The notes: generated by a model not told the origin, from the letters alone. 26,178 nucleotides of DNA from a virus (IMGVR_UViG_3300028594_000107:1-26178); one strand, 5' to 3'. Shown: positions 17,008 to 25,111, counted from the first letter of the stretch. Numbers and translations are program-made.

Positions 17008-17312
17008 CGGTGCCTCTCGGTGTGATGGATCGTGCGATGCTTGTCGCTGTTTTTGCGCAGCATTAGATCGGCTCTGCGCTTGCGCTCTATCGGATCGATA
17101 TACTCTGCTACTTTTAGATCGCGCTTAGCTTTTCCGGTGTTGATCTTGCTGTGCTGTGTTTCAAACACGAGCATCATGCGATGCCGGTTGCCCTCTGTCG
17201 GCTGCACGATCTCTCGGTGAGTCTTATCGCCGTATCGTTTGGCCAGCTCTGCAAATTCGATGATGTCTTGCAGCTGTGTGGCCTCGGTTAGTTCTAGTCG
17301 GATCTCTGTCAT
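17004..17312 (-). CDS. Hypothetical protein
   Basis: GAGAGGA RBS, operon context. Confidence 0.7.
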   Translation of the reverse strand: MTEIRLELTEATQLQDIIEFAELAKRYGDKTHREIVQPTEGNRHRMMLVFETQHSKINTGKAKRDLKVAEYIDPIERKRRADLMLRKNSDKHRTIHHTERHR

Positions 17313-17322
17313 GGTTTCCTCT

Positions 17323-17487
17323 CTAGTTGTCCCAAAGTCTGGCTATAAATGCGACGATGGCGATCGTCCATGTGAGTAGTGCTGTCGCTACCCATCGGAT
17401 GTCGTGCCAGATGCCGGCCAGCATCATCACGACGCCTGCGACTGCGAGGATCGTGGTCGCTGTTGTGAGTAGCCTGTCGATGCTCAT
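17323..17487 (-). CDS. 54-aa two-TM membrane protein
   Basis: Not in the ORF track: MSIDRLLTTATTILAVAGVVMMLAGIWHDIRWVATALLTWTIAIVAFIARLWDN; ATGA overlap with the resolvase stop. Confidence 0.7.
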   Translation of the reverse strand: MSIDRLLTTATTILAVAGVVMMLAGIWHDIRWVATALLTWTIAIVAFIARLWDN

Positions 17488-17858
17488 AGTTGCTGCCTCG
17501 GTGTGCCGGTCACGATGGCGATAAAGTCATCGACGGTCGTGATCACCCATTGCTCGCCGGGATCTTGTGTGCCTCGACGTTTAGCGACGACGATGCCTGC
17601 GCCGGCCTCGTCATTCTTTGCTGCCTCGTGTGCCTCTTTGATCCAGGTGCCGGCCTTGATCTGGCCCCCGTAGTCTTTGCACTCGATGGCGATCTTTTGG
17701 TCGAGGTGTTGGACGCCTGCGATGTCTCCTCGATCTTTGGCTCCATATTGGACTCTGCGATCGATGTCCGGTGCGTCGAGTTTGTCTTTTAGGTGGTCTG
17801 CGACTTTGCGCTCTAGACCTCTGCCGGCAGCTTTAGCCGATGCTCTATTCCTCGCCAT
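17484..17858 (-). CDS. Holliday junction resolvase (PD-(D/E)XK, Hjc-like)
   Basis: AKAAGRGLERKVADHL, DRGDIAGV, IAIECKD and VVAKRRG motifs. Confidence 0.85.
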   Translation of the reverse strand: MARNRASAKAAGRGLERKVADHLKDKLDAPDIDRRVQYGAKDRGDIAGVQHLDQKIAIECKDYGGQIKAGTWIKEAHEAAKNDEAGAGIVVAKRRGTQDPGEQWVITTVDDFIAIVTGTPRQQL

Positions 17859-17943
17859 GTGTTACCTCGCATTGTTGTGTTTGGTGATTGATGCTGTGGC
17901 AGTTAGCGCAGCCGATGTCGATGCTGCCAGGTAGGTCATCCAT
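17845..17943 (-). CDS. 32-aa CCHC zinc-knuckle microprotein
   Basis: Not in the ORF track: MDDLPGSIDIGCANCHSINHQTQQCEVTHGEE; fills the gap between neighbours, AAGGGA RBS. Confidence 0.55.
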   Translation of the reverse strand: MDDLPGSIDIGCANCHSINHQTQQCEVTHGEE

Positions 17944-17948
17944 CGTTA

Positions 17949-18215
17949 TCATCCCTTGCCCCTCTGTAGTCGTGTTGAGATGCGCACTGTGTCGGCTAGT
18001 GCATCGCCGCCTTGTGTTGTGCTGATATAGATCGCTCGTCGGTACTCTGGGAACGCTGCCAGTAGTCGCTCGCGGTTCTCATGGTCTGCAGCCTCTATCG
18101 TGCGTAGTAGTTGTGTTGTGAAGTTGCCGCCAGGATGTCCGCCATCGACGCCTATGTAGTGGCATAGGTGCCGTGCAGCGGTGAGATCTGGCCCCTCTAG
18201 TGGTGGTGTTGCCAT
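17949..18215 (-). CDS. Hypothetical protein
   Basis: ATG at 18215 with GGAGAGG RBS; PGGNFTTQLL...ADHENRERLLAAFP. Confidence 0.7.
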   Translation of the reverse strand: MATPPLEGPDLTAARHLCHYIGVDGGHPGGNFTTQLLRTIEAADHENRERLLAAFPEYRRAIYISTTQGGDALADTVRISTRLQRGKG

Positions 18216-18243
18216 GTTTTCCTCTCCGATGTGTTCGACTTGC

Positions 18244-18765
18244 TTAGGCGTCGTCTGCAACCGATCGCGCTGGCTCCCAATCGTCGAAGTCGTCGCAGTC
18301 TTTTGTGACTGACTCTCCGATCCGGATGTATTGGCTATCGATGCCGTTCCAGACCCATGCGCGGCCATCGTGTCGATCGATGATGTGCGGGTTATTTATC
18401 GGGTTAGGTGGCTGGACTCGCGGTTTTATCTTGTAGATGCGCATCTGATCTGCGCTATATACGACAGTGAGACTTACTGATCTGATGATGCCGCTCTCGA
18501 TCTTGCCGATCGTGAGATCGATCGTCTCGCCATGAATGTAAGCGATCCGGATCCGATCGCCCTTGCGTAGACTCTCGATGCTATGGACTAGCTCTAGCTG
18601 ATCGAGCGTTGCCTGCCGGTACTGCTGCGCGGTGAGTGCGATAACGGTTTGCACCTCGTTCGGTAGCAGACTGAACGAGCGATCGAGGATCTTCCACTGC
18701 CCCGGTAGCTCGATGTCGTCGTAGACCTTATTCCAGGCTCTCTCGGCTTGTTTGATAACTCGCAT
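18244..18765 (-). CDS. Hypothetical protein
   Basis: GAGAGG RBS, 173 aa, operon context. Confidence 0.7.
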   Translation of the reverse strand: MRVIKQAERAWNKVYDDIELPGQWKILDRSFSLLPNEVQTVIALTAQQYRQATLDQLELVHSIESLRKGDRIRIAYIHGETIDLTIGKIESGIIRSVSLTVVYSADQMRIYKIKPRVQPPNPINNPHIIDRHDGRAWVWNGIDSQYIRIGESVTKDCDDFDDWEPARSVADDA

Positions 18766-18777
18766 GGTGTTGCCTCT

Positions 18778-18963
18778 CTATCGGTTTTGTCGGTTGCGCT
18801 TAGGCTGTCGTCGGCTTGATATGTTGCGCACTGCAGCGTTACCTGTCGGATCCGCATAGGGTAACGATGATCGCTGTCTGATACTGGCCTGCAGTGCATG
18901 GCATAGGCAGTAGCGGTTAGCGCAGACGTATGGTGTGCGGCATTGAGTGCAGCAATTACCCAT
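18778..18963 (-). CDS. Small Cys-rich protein
   Basis: CCTQC...C....CLCH N-terminus, YADPTGNAAVRNI motif; AAGGGG RBS. Confidence 0.6.
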   Translation of the reverse strand: MGNCCTQCRTPYVCANRYCLCHALQASIRQRSSLPYADPTGNAAVRNISSRRQPKRNRQNR

Positions 18964-19257
18964 GTGTTAGCCCCTTGACCTGCCGCCAGCCGCCGGCAGG
19001 GATCCAGTTTTTTCGTCGTCGCTCGATCCAGTTGCGAGTCGATGGATCGATCCTCGACATGCGCTCTAGGATCTCTGGATCGAGTGGCTGTTGTTGCTTT
19101 TCGTGTTCTCGTCGCTGATGTCGCAGCTCTGTGCCGCATGTCGTGCAGTAGCCCCCCGGCCTTGATGTGCGACGGTGCCAGGGAAGTCTGCGACCGATCG
19201 TTTACCTGGTCGCAGTTTTTTCTTGCAGCCTCGGCAGTGCGATGGTCGCTTGTTCAC
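18956..19257 (-). pseudogene. Zinc-finger protein gene split by a frameshift in a G6 tract
   Basis: CRGC...HQGRG continues as YCTTCGTELRH...GLTHG* only after a frame change at 19152-19157. Confidence 0.65.
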
Positions 19258-19610
19258 TGTTGCCCCTCCATCATCTGTAGCGCGTCGAGCTGGCCTGGCA
19301 GCTCTGGCTCGTGTTCTCGTGATAGTGGCTCGCCGGTGAGATCGTGCACTTGCTGCGAGTCCAGCACGATCGTCACTGTCGGCAGTCTGTCTAAGCGCTG
19401 CAGTGCCAGATGGATCCGTGCGAGGATCGCTACGGTGCCGGCACTGTCTGCGAACTTGCGAGCATCGAGGATGCCGTTAGCTGCCGGTGCTGCGAACGTT
19501 GCTCGCACTCGCCAGCCTGCGTAGCGGTGCACGGTGTATGTATGCCGGCCTAGTCCGATCGGTGTTACTGTTACCGTCCAGTCAGGATCTCCGAACGATG
19601 CTGTTTTCAT
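19254..19610 (-). CDS. Hypothetical protein
   Basis: ATG at 19610; GTGA overlap downstream; C-terminal LPGQLDAL. Confidence 0.65.
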   Translation of the reverse strand: MKTASFGDPDWTVTVTPIGLGRHTYTVHRYAGWRVRATFAAPAANGILDARKFADSAGTVAILARIHLALQRLDRLPTVTIVLDSQQVHDLTGEPLSREHEPELPGQLDALQMMEGQQ

Positions 19611-19612
19611 GG

Positions 19613-19753
19613 TTACTCTTTCGTTTCGTTGGTCTTGTAGGGATCGATGTACGAGTGATAGGCATTGCACTCTGGATGTCCGCAGTAGCAGCGGTTCGGT
19701 GCGCAGTAGCCGAACGTGCACACGGTGCACGATCGATATGGTTCTCTAGGCAT
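19613..19753 (-). CDS. 46-aa Cys/His-rich microprotein
   Basis: ATG at 19753 with AGGGGG RBS: MPREPYRSCTVCTFGYCAPNRCYCGHPECNAYHSYIDPYKTNETKE. Confidence 0.65.
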   Translation of the reverse strand: MPREPYRSCTVCTFGYCAPNRCYCGHPECNAYHSYIDPYKTNETKE

Positions 19754-19822
19754 GGTGAAAGACCCCCTATATATAGGTGTGCGCAGCTGCAGGTGGTGAT
19801 GTCTGCAGCTGCGCACTTTTGG

Positions 19823-19850
19823 GCATAAAAATAGACCGCCTTAGCGGTCT
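19823..19850 (-). terminator. Intrinsic terminator after ssb
   Basis: AGACCGC-TAAG-GCGGTCT stem then ATTTTTATGC. Confidence 0.7.
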
Positions 19851-19865
19851 GCTGTCGTGTTGTGT

Positions 19866-20426
19866 TTAGAACGGTGGCGGTGAATCGTTGCCCTGATCCC
19901 AGGATCCGCCGCCGCCATCCCATGCGTTGCCGCCTGTCGGTGCTGGACCAAAGCCGCCGCCTTGCGACTGGCCTGCCGGCTGGCCAAAGCCCCCGCTTTG
20001 CGACTGGCTTGCCGCTGGCCATTGAGTCGCACCGCCAGCCGGTGCGCCCCCGTTGCCGTTGCGCTGCACTCGTTGGACTTGCGCTGTTGCCCATCGCAGC
20101 GATGGCCCGATCTCGTCGATGTCCATCTCCCAATTAGTGCGCTGTTGGCCATCTTTCGTCTCGAACGATCTGGCCTTGAGCCGTCCGCTGGCGATGACGC
20201 GCATCCCCTTAGTGAGAGTGGCTACGACGTTCTCTGCGTATTCGCCCCATGATGTGCAGCGGATCCATAGCGTCTCGTCGTCTTGCCACTGTTGCGAGTT
20301 ACGATCGAACGATCGAGGCGTCTGTGCAACGGTGTAGTTAGCGACTGCCTGGCCTGCCGCCGTAAAGCGCAGCTCTGGATCGCCTGCCAGGTTGCCGGTG
20401 ATCGTCATTATTGGTTCGCCTGCCAT
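19866..20426 (-). CDS. ssb: Single-stranded DNA-binding protein
   Basis: Actinobacterial SSB: MAGEPIMTITGNL..DPELRFT, DEIGPSLRWATA, Gly-rich linker, PPF tail. Confidence 0.96.
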   Translation of the reverse strand: MAGEPIMTITGNLAGDPELRFTAAGQAVANYTVAQTPRSFDRNSQQWQDDETLWIRCTSWGEYAENVVATLTKGMRVIASGRLKARSFETKDGQQRTNWEMDIDEIGPSLRWATAQVQRVQRNGNGGAPAGGATQWPAASQSQSGGFGQPAGQSQGGGFGPAPTGGNAWDGGGGSWDQGNDSPPPF

Positions 20427-20429
20427 AAG

Positions 20430-21377
20430 TTATGCCCCTTGTGTTTGTGGTTGTGCAGCGGATGCTGCCTGTGTTATCTGATCCAGCACTGGCTGGCCAG
20501 CGTTTTCTCGTTGTGCTCGTTTCCAGAGATCTCGCAGATCGTCTGCCGAGGTTGCCTTAGCGATCTCGGCTTGCCAGTCTGTCGGTGATGCGACATCGAG
20601 TGACTGCTGTGCATCGTCGTCCGGTGTGGCTGTTACCGTTGTGCCGGTGTGCTGGCGATCGGCTGTGCCATCTGGCTCGGTGTATCCGAACGCATCCCAT
20701 AACGCCGGTACTGTGAAGTTCGGGAACGCTCGCCGCTCTCCGAGTGGCACATCGTGCCGTAACGATCGTGCCCCGGTGATCTCTGCCTGGCCTCGCGCTG
20801 TCATCTGAACGATGATCCCTACATCGAACGGCAGAGTTTTGTGCGCCTGGATCTTCCACTGTTTGTCGTGCGTCGGCTTGCCGTTGCGCATAACGGTTAC
20901 TTGATCCATGCGAGCAGTCAGTAGCACTGGCCCCTTGTGAGTGCGCAGCGCGTCCATCATCGAGCGCCATCGCTGTTTGCCCTTATTCCAGAGATCCATC
21001 GTGATCTGGCCTCGGTTGCGCTCTCGACCGTCTGCGATGCGTTGCAGGTCGTCCTCGATCAGATCCCAATAATTCGAGACTGAATCGACGACGATCATAT
21101 TTGGACGCCCTGGCTCGTGTGGCTCTGCAGCTGCCGCCTTGATCGAGTCGAGGATCTGTTGATGCGATCCATCGTGTTCGACGATCTCGAAGCGTGCACC
21201 GGGTATCGCGCCATACTCGTCTGGATCATCCTCACCGATGCCGATCCAGAATGTTCGACCGATATGCGGTGATGCGGATGCCTCTGCGCACGAGTACGAC
21301 TTGCCGGCCTTTTCGATGCCTGCGATCAGCACGATTGGCCACGGTGGTTTGCCTGTAGGTTTTCTAGTTTTGAGCAT
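20430..21377 (-). CDS. AAA / RecA-like ATPase (Sak4-like recombination module)
   Basis: Walker A AGIEKAGKS, Walker B MIVVDS; between exonuclease and ssb. Confidence 0.75.
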   Translation of the reverse strand: MLKTRKPTGKPPWPIVLIAGIEKAGKSYSCAEASASPHIGRTFWIGIGEDDPDEYGAIPGARFEIVEHDGSHQQILDSIKAAAAEPHEPGRPNMIVVDSVSNYWDLIEDDLQRIADGRERNRGQITMDLWNKGKQRWRSMMDALRTHKGPVLLTARMDQVTVMRNGKPTHDKQWKIQAHKTLPFDVGIIVQMTARGQAEITGARSLRHDVPLGERRAFPNFTVPALWDAFGYTEPDGTADRQHTGTTVTATPDDDAQQSLDVASPTDWQAEIAKATSADDLRDLWKRAQRENAGQPVLDQITQAASAAQPQTQGA

Positions 21378-22200
21378 AATGTTCCTCGTATTCTGTGAAA
21401 GCGTAGCTCGGCACTGAGACGGTGGACATGCCTGGATAAGCTGGCCAGGATCCAGTCGCTACGCTTGCGCGATAGTTCGCTTTAGCGACGCTGTTCATCT
21501 CGGCACCGAGGCCAATCGATGCAGCATCTAGCTCGACGACTGACACAAAATAAGGTTCGGTGTTTTCGACGACGACAAACCTAAACGGCAGCTTTTCGCT
21601 GGTGAGTCGCTGCACGCCGTCGATGTAGTGTGCAGCTGATTGGTGGTAGCCGAGCTGCATGGCAGTGCGTCCAAAGTCTTTAGGTTTAGCGGATCTGGCT
21701 GTCTTGAGATCCCATATCACGTCGGTCGCTAGTGAGTCTGGCCGGCACTTGAGGTCCAGTCCATCCTCGGACCAAAAGATCGACGACTCGCGCACGGTGT
21801 TCTCTGCGACGATCTGCGAGGCGATGTCGTGGTCCATGACTGCATCGCGCATCGCATAGACCGGCCCTAGTTTTGTCTCGACCTCGCTGTTATTGATCGG
21901 GATCAATCCATCGTTATATGCCATATCGCGCTCTTGTCGAGCCGCAGCTTTCCGGTAGTCGTCGAAGTCCACTCGACGCACGAGGCGATCCAGATCGCCC
22001 TCTAAGATCAGCGCGTGCGCCAGGTTGCCGATGTCGAACGCATCCTTTTGCTCTTGGCTCTCTTGCTCATAGAGCCATCGAGCCGGTGAGTCGGTGGCTA
22101 GAGTCTTGAGTGATGTCGAGCCGAGCGCCGGGTGTGCATGATAAGCCTCGTTGCTCATATCGGTTATATGTCGGACGTTATGATCGTTTTCGCGCTGCAT
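21364..22200 (-). CDS. RecE / ExoVIII-like PD-(D/E)XK exonuclease
   Basis: YHAHPALGSTSLK, GNLAHALILE, KCRPD, DLKT, YHQSAAHY and FVVVE motifs. Confidence 0.88.
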   Translation of the reverse strand: MQRENDHNVRHITDMSNEAYHAHPALGSTSLKTLATDSPARWLYEQESQEQKDAFDIGNLAHALILEGDLDRLVRRVDFDDYRKAAARQERDMAYNDGLIPINNSEVETKLGPVYAMRDAVMDHDIASQIVAENTVRESSIFWSEDGLDLKCRPDSLATDVIWDLKTARSAKPKDFGRTAMQLGYHQSAAHYIDGVQRLTSEKLPFRFVVVENTEPYFVSVVELDAASIGLGAEMNSVAKANYRASVATGSWPAYPGMSTVSVPSYAFTEYEEHYAQN

Positions 22201-22366
22201 CTAGTGCCTCTCTCTGTTTGTAGTAGTGGATCTCGTTAGTGGTAGGACATGGCCAGGCTTTAGAGCACTCACTGCACGCCGGTGCATCCTGGACGATGCC
22301 AGGCACCGGCACTCTGTGCAGCGATGGCCGGTGCATCTTTTCTAGTGATGTGATCAGGTCGGTCAT
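22178..22366 (-). CDS. Small protein with HRP...CxxC...WPCPT motif
   Basis: ATG at 22366 overlaps the upstream stop (ATGA); MHRP...CSECSKAWPCPT. Confidence 0.65.
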   Translation of the reverse strand: MTDLITSLEKMHRPSLHRVPVPGIVQDAPACSECSKAWPCPTTNEIHYYKQREALDAARKRS

Positions 22367-22584
22367 TTTCGCTTGATGGCCCCTGCCTCGGTTTGCTCGC
22401 GCAGCGATGTCGCTGCCGTCTGGTAGTAGGCATTGATTAGATCGCGCTGTCGTGTTGCCCTGGCTGCGCGATCCTGGATACTCTGTCGGATCAGGTAGAT
22501 CTCGATGCCGATCCATAGCAGTGCGACTGCCATGATGATCGCTGCGATCGTGAGTGCAGGGATCCAGTCGGTGTAGTTGTTCAT
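22363..22584 (-). CDS. Small single-TM protein
   Basis: Hydrophobic WIPALTIAAIIMAVALLWIGIEIYLI; ATGA overlaps at both ends. Confidence 0.7.
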   Translation of the reverse strand: MNNYTDWIPALTIAAIIMAVALLWIGIEIYLIRQSIQDRAARATRQRDLINAYYQTAATSLREQTEAGAIKRK

Positions 22585-23798
22585 TCTTTGATCTCTCCAT
22601 CCTCGATAACGATGCCGGCTCCATCGCCGTTGCTGACTGTCTCGATCCAGATCTGGTAGTCGTGTTTGTCTGCCATGTCTGCGATGATCTGCAGGCTGTC
22701 GTCGTCGAGTAGCGATCCCTCTGCGATCCGGATAACGCGCAGCTTAGGACTAAGCGCCATCGCCATCGCTACACTGATCTCGATCTGCGCGGCACTGTTT
22801 GCTTGCTTGAACGGGATCCCGTTATATGTGATGCCGTTCTCGTCGAAGCTCAGGCCCTCGACTGGCAGCTCGGCTTGTTCTAGCCCTTGCTGTTTTTGCG
22901 CATCGAGCTTTGCGATCGCCTCGGTGAGATCCTTATATTGCTGATCCAGGCCCTCGCGCTCTGCCTGCCGTGCACGAGCCTCGTTATTGGCTCGGATGGC
23001 ATAGTTAGTGTGCTCGATGTTCTCTAATTGCTGCTGCAGGCTATCGACATCGACTGGATCTGGCATCGAGTCCAATTCCTGTAGCGCAGCTGTCTCTTGC
23101 TTGTAGGTCGATGCCAGCTCGCGCTCTAGTGCCTCGATCTGCTCTTTGATATGCTCTCGTCGCGCAAAGATCTTTGCGATGTGCTGCTCGATGTCTGCAC
23201 GTTTGCGCTCGTTGTCGTTCGCAGCCTGGATTTGCTCGATCAACTCTGCTGCCGATGTTTCCTCTGCAGGTAGATCCGGATCGACCTCGACCTCTCCGAT
23301 CGCTTTAGCCTGCCTGCCGACATCGGTGCGATGCTCAAATAGCGACTTGCGCTGCTCGTCGAGCTGTTTCGGATCGAACGGCAGATCGATAAGATCCAGC
23401 AACGTCTCGCGCTGCTCTTTGTCTGATAGGCGAGTGAAAGCGAACGGATCCAGCGACAGCTGGCCTAGTAAATCGTTGAGCTTTGCCTGCGCTTTAGGAT
23501 ACTTAGCGCCATCCTGTGACTCGACGACGAGCGACGATGGCTTGCCATGCGTAAACCTGCGAGTCACGATCAGCTCGTCTGTTTCCAGCACGATCTCGGC
23601 ATATTCCTCGCCGTCTCGGATCGGTTTAGGTGTTGTGCGCTTGTCGGTGCCAGTCAGTGCAGCGGTGATCGCATCGAGCACTGACGACTTGCCCTGGCCA
23701 TTCTTTCCAGAGATCGGAATGATATTGCCATCCGGTGTGATGCGAGCGGCCTTGATCGCCTTAAAGTTTTTGATCTGCATGTCGAGGATCTTGCTCAT
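22581..23798 (-). CDS. SMC/Rad50-like coiled-coil ABC ATPase
   Basis: IKNFKAI, Walker A SGKNGQGKSS, central coiled coil, C-terminal VIRIAEGSLLD...QIWIE. Confidence 0.85.
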   Translation of the reverse strand: MSKILDMQIKNFKAIKAARITPDGNIIPISGKNGQGKSSVLDAITAALTGTDKRTTPKPIRDGEEYAEIVLETDELIVTRRFTHGKPSSLVVESQDGAKYPKAQAKLNDLLGQLSLDPFAFTRLSDKEQRETLLDLIDLPFDPKQLDEQRKSLFEHRTDVGRQAKAIGEVEVDPDLPAEETSAAELIEQIQAANDNERKRADIEQHIAKIFARREHIKEQIEALERELASTYKQETAALQELDSMPDPVDVDSLQQQLENIEHTNYAIRANNEARARQAEREGLDQQYKDLTEAIAKLDAQKQQGLEQAELPVEGLSFDENGITYNGIPFKQANSAAQIEISVAMAMALSPKLRVIRIAEGSLLDDDSLQIIADMADKHDYQIWIETVSNGDGAGIVIEDGEIKE

Positions 23799-23824
23799 GG
23801 TGTTCTCTTTCCTGCCGGTTTTCG

Positions 23825-23854
23825 GCATAAAAATAGCCAGGTAAAAACCTGGCT
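23825..23854 (-). terminator. Intrinsic terminator
   Basis: AGCCAGGT-TTTT-ACCTGGCT stem then ATTTTTATGC. Confidence 0.7.
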
Positions 23855-23870
23855 TGCTTGCTGTGTGTTG

Positions 23871-24215
23871 TTAGGCTCTCGCTGCTCGCCGGCTGGCCAG
23901 CTGCTCGATGGTGTCGATGGCTAGTGGCTCTGGATCCTGCCATGCGACGACTGGCTCGAACGCATCCGCGATCGTGCGACCGACGTTCTCGACGACGATG
24001 CCGAGGTTATGCATCGCGGATCGCACGCCGGTCATAAGTGCCTGCCACGCCTCTGCGATCTCGTCGTAGTCCGGTGCGGCCCCTAGTTCTCGTGCGATTG
24101 GCCTCCATATCTCTCGCGGCAGGCCCTCGGTGTAATAGTCGAGCAGCCGGTCGCACTCGTCCAGTTGTGGCTTGATCGCTGCCTGGATCCTGGCCTCGAT
24201 GGTGTGCTTGTCCAT
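23871..24215 (-). CDS. Hypothetical protein
   Basis: AAGGAG RBS, TAATG overlap. Confidence 0.7.
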   Translation of the reverse strand: MDKHTIEARIQAAIKPQLDECDRLLDYYTEGLPREIWRPIARELGAAPDYDEIAEAWQALMTGVRSAMHNLGIVVENVGRTIADAFEPVVAWQDPEPLAIDTIEQLASRRAARA

Positions 24216-24331
24216 TAGTTGTCTCTCCTTATTGCGATGTAGGTGATTAGCGCTAATAGCGCGGTGTATGCGAACACGATCAGGATCTCGATGTGCTCAT
24301 AGATGATCGCTACGATGATCGTCCAGGCCAT
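24215..24331 (-). CDS. 38-aa hydrophobic microprotein
   Basis: Not in the ORF track: MAWTIIVAIIYEHIEILIVFAYTALLALITYIAIRRDN; AAGGA RBS, TAATG coupling. Confidence 0.6.
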   Translation of the reverse strand: MAWTIIVAIIYEHIEILIVFAYTALLALITYIAIRRDN

Positions 24332-24611
24332 CGCCATCCTTATCTCGTTGTGACGGGTGCAGCTGCCAGACGCTTATCAAGCCGCCCCGTCTGGACTTGT
24401 CCCTCGATGGTCGAGCGCTGATCCACTCGATCAGGTTGCGCCGGCTGGCTGCTTGGAAAGCGTTGCCGTAGCGGTTCTCGTTCTCTGGCTCGTCCATGAC
24501 TTTGCGCAGATCCTCCGAGGTAACGGTGCCTTGCTCTCGTGCGATCCGGACGATGGCCTGCACTGCATGATCGTGCCAGTCCGGATCGGTGAGCACCGCT
24601 GGCCGGCTCAT
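24297..24611 (-). CDS. Hypothetical protein, possible winged-helix
   Basis: GGAGG RBS; W...A...I...TSEDLR...GNAF..A...LI...S....R.G...VW pattern. Confidence 0.65.
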   Translation of the reverse strand: MSRPAVLTDPDWHDHAVQAIVRIAREQGTVTSEDLRKVMDEPENENRYGNAFQAASRRNLIEWISARPSRDKSRRGGLISVWQLHPSQRDKDGDGLDDHRSDHL

Positions 24612-24844
24612 GCTTTAGCCTCCTCGACGTTTCGCAGCGCTGTGCGCGGTGTTGCATCGGTGTAGATGCCGAGGATGCGCAAGCCATGCTCGAAGTTGCG
24701 GATCTGATCGCGCTTGCGGTGCATTTTGATCGCTAGCTTCATCGCACGAGACTTGCTGATCGGATCTCCGATCGCCTCGTAGTGCTCGATGATCTCGTCT
24801 CGATACTGTGTTGCGGTTTTTCGGATCCCTAAGTTTTTAGGCAT
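24608..24844 (-). CDS. Hypothetical protein
   Basis: 78 aa, ATGA overlap downstream; C-terminal YTDATPRTALRNV. Confidence 0.65.
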   Translation of the reverse strand: MPKNLGIRKTATQYRDEIIEHYEAIGDPISKSRAMKLAIKMHRKRDQIRNFEHGLRILGIYTDATPRTALRNVEEAKA

Positions 24845-24934
24845 GACAAATAAACCCTTTTCCTCGTCCGTGCGCGTAGCTCGGATCGGTTCTAGTAGGT
24901 GATGTGGGCGAGATGCGCGAGATGTGCTTGGTGC

Positions 24935-25111
24935 TTATTCGGTGATGCGAGGTTCTAGCTCGTCGAGCGCTCTGCGCATCGAGGCGATCGCATCCTCGTG
25001 CGAGACGCCTGCAGAGCGCAGGTGCACGAGTGCTTTTCTTAGATGGATCTGCGCATCGTGATCGAGTGCAGTTGTGTCCGGATAGATGCCGAGATGACTG
25101 GTGTTTGCCAT
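24935..25111 (-). CDS. 58-aa hypothetical protein
   Basis: Not in the ORF track: MANTSHLGIYPDTTALDHDAQIHLRKALVHLRSAGVSHEDAIASMRRALDELEPRITE; GAGAGGG RBS. Confidence 0.6.
   Translation of the reverse strand: MANTSHLGIYPDTTALDHDAQIHLRKALVHLRSAGVSHEDAIASMRRALDELEPRITE

Noticed and set aside
19948-20020. About 36-nt tandem duplication in ssb containing TTTGCGACTGGCTT, identical to iteron sequence at 16059-16072
   Set aside because: Both encode SQSQ in low-complexity linkers; codon coincidence is sufficient
24845-24934. Possible ncRNA or ribozyme in the 90-nt early intergenic gap
   Set aside because: Only a weak short stem; no recognisable ribozyme or riboswitch core
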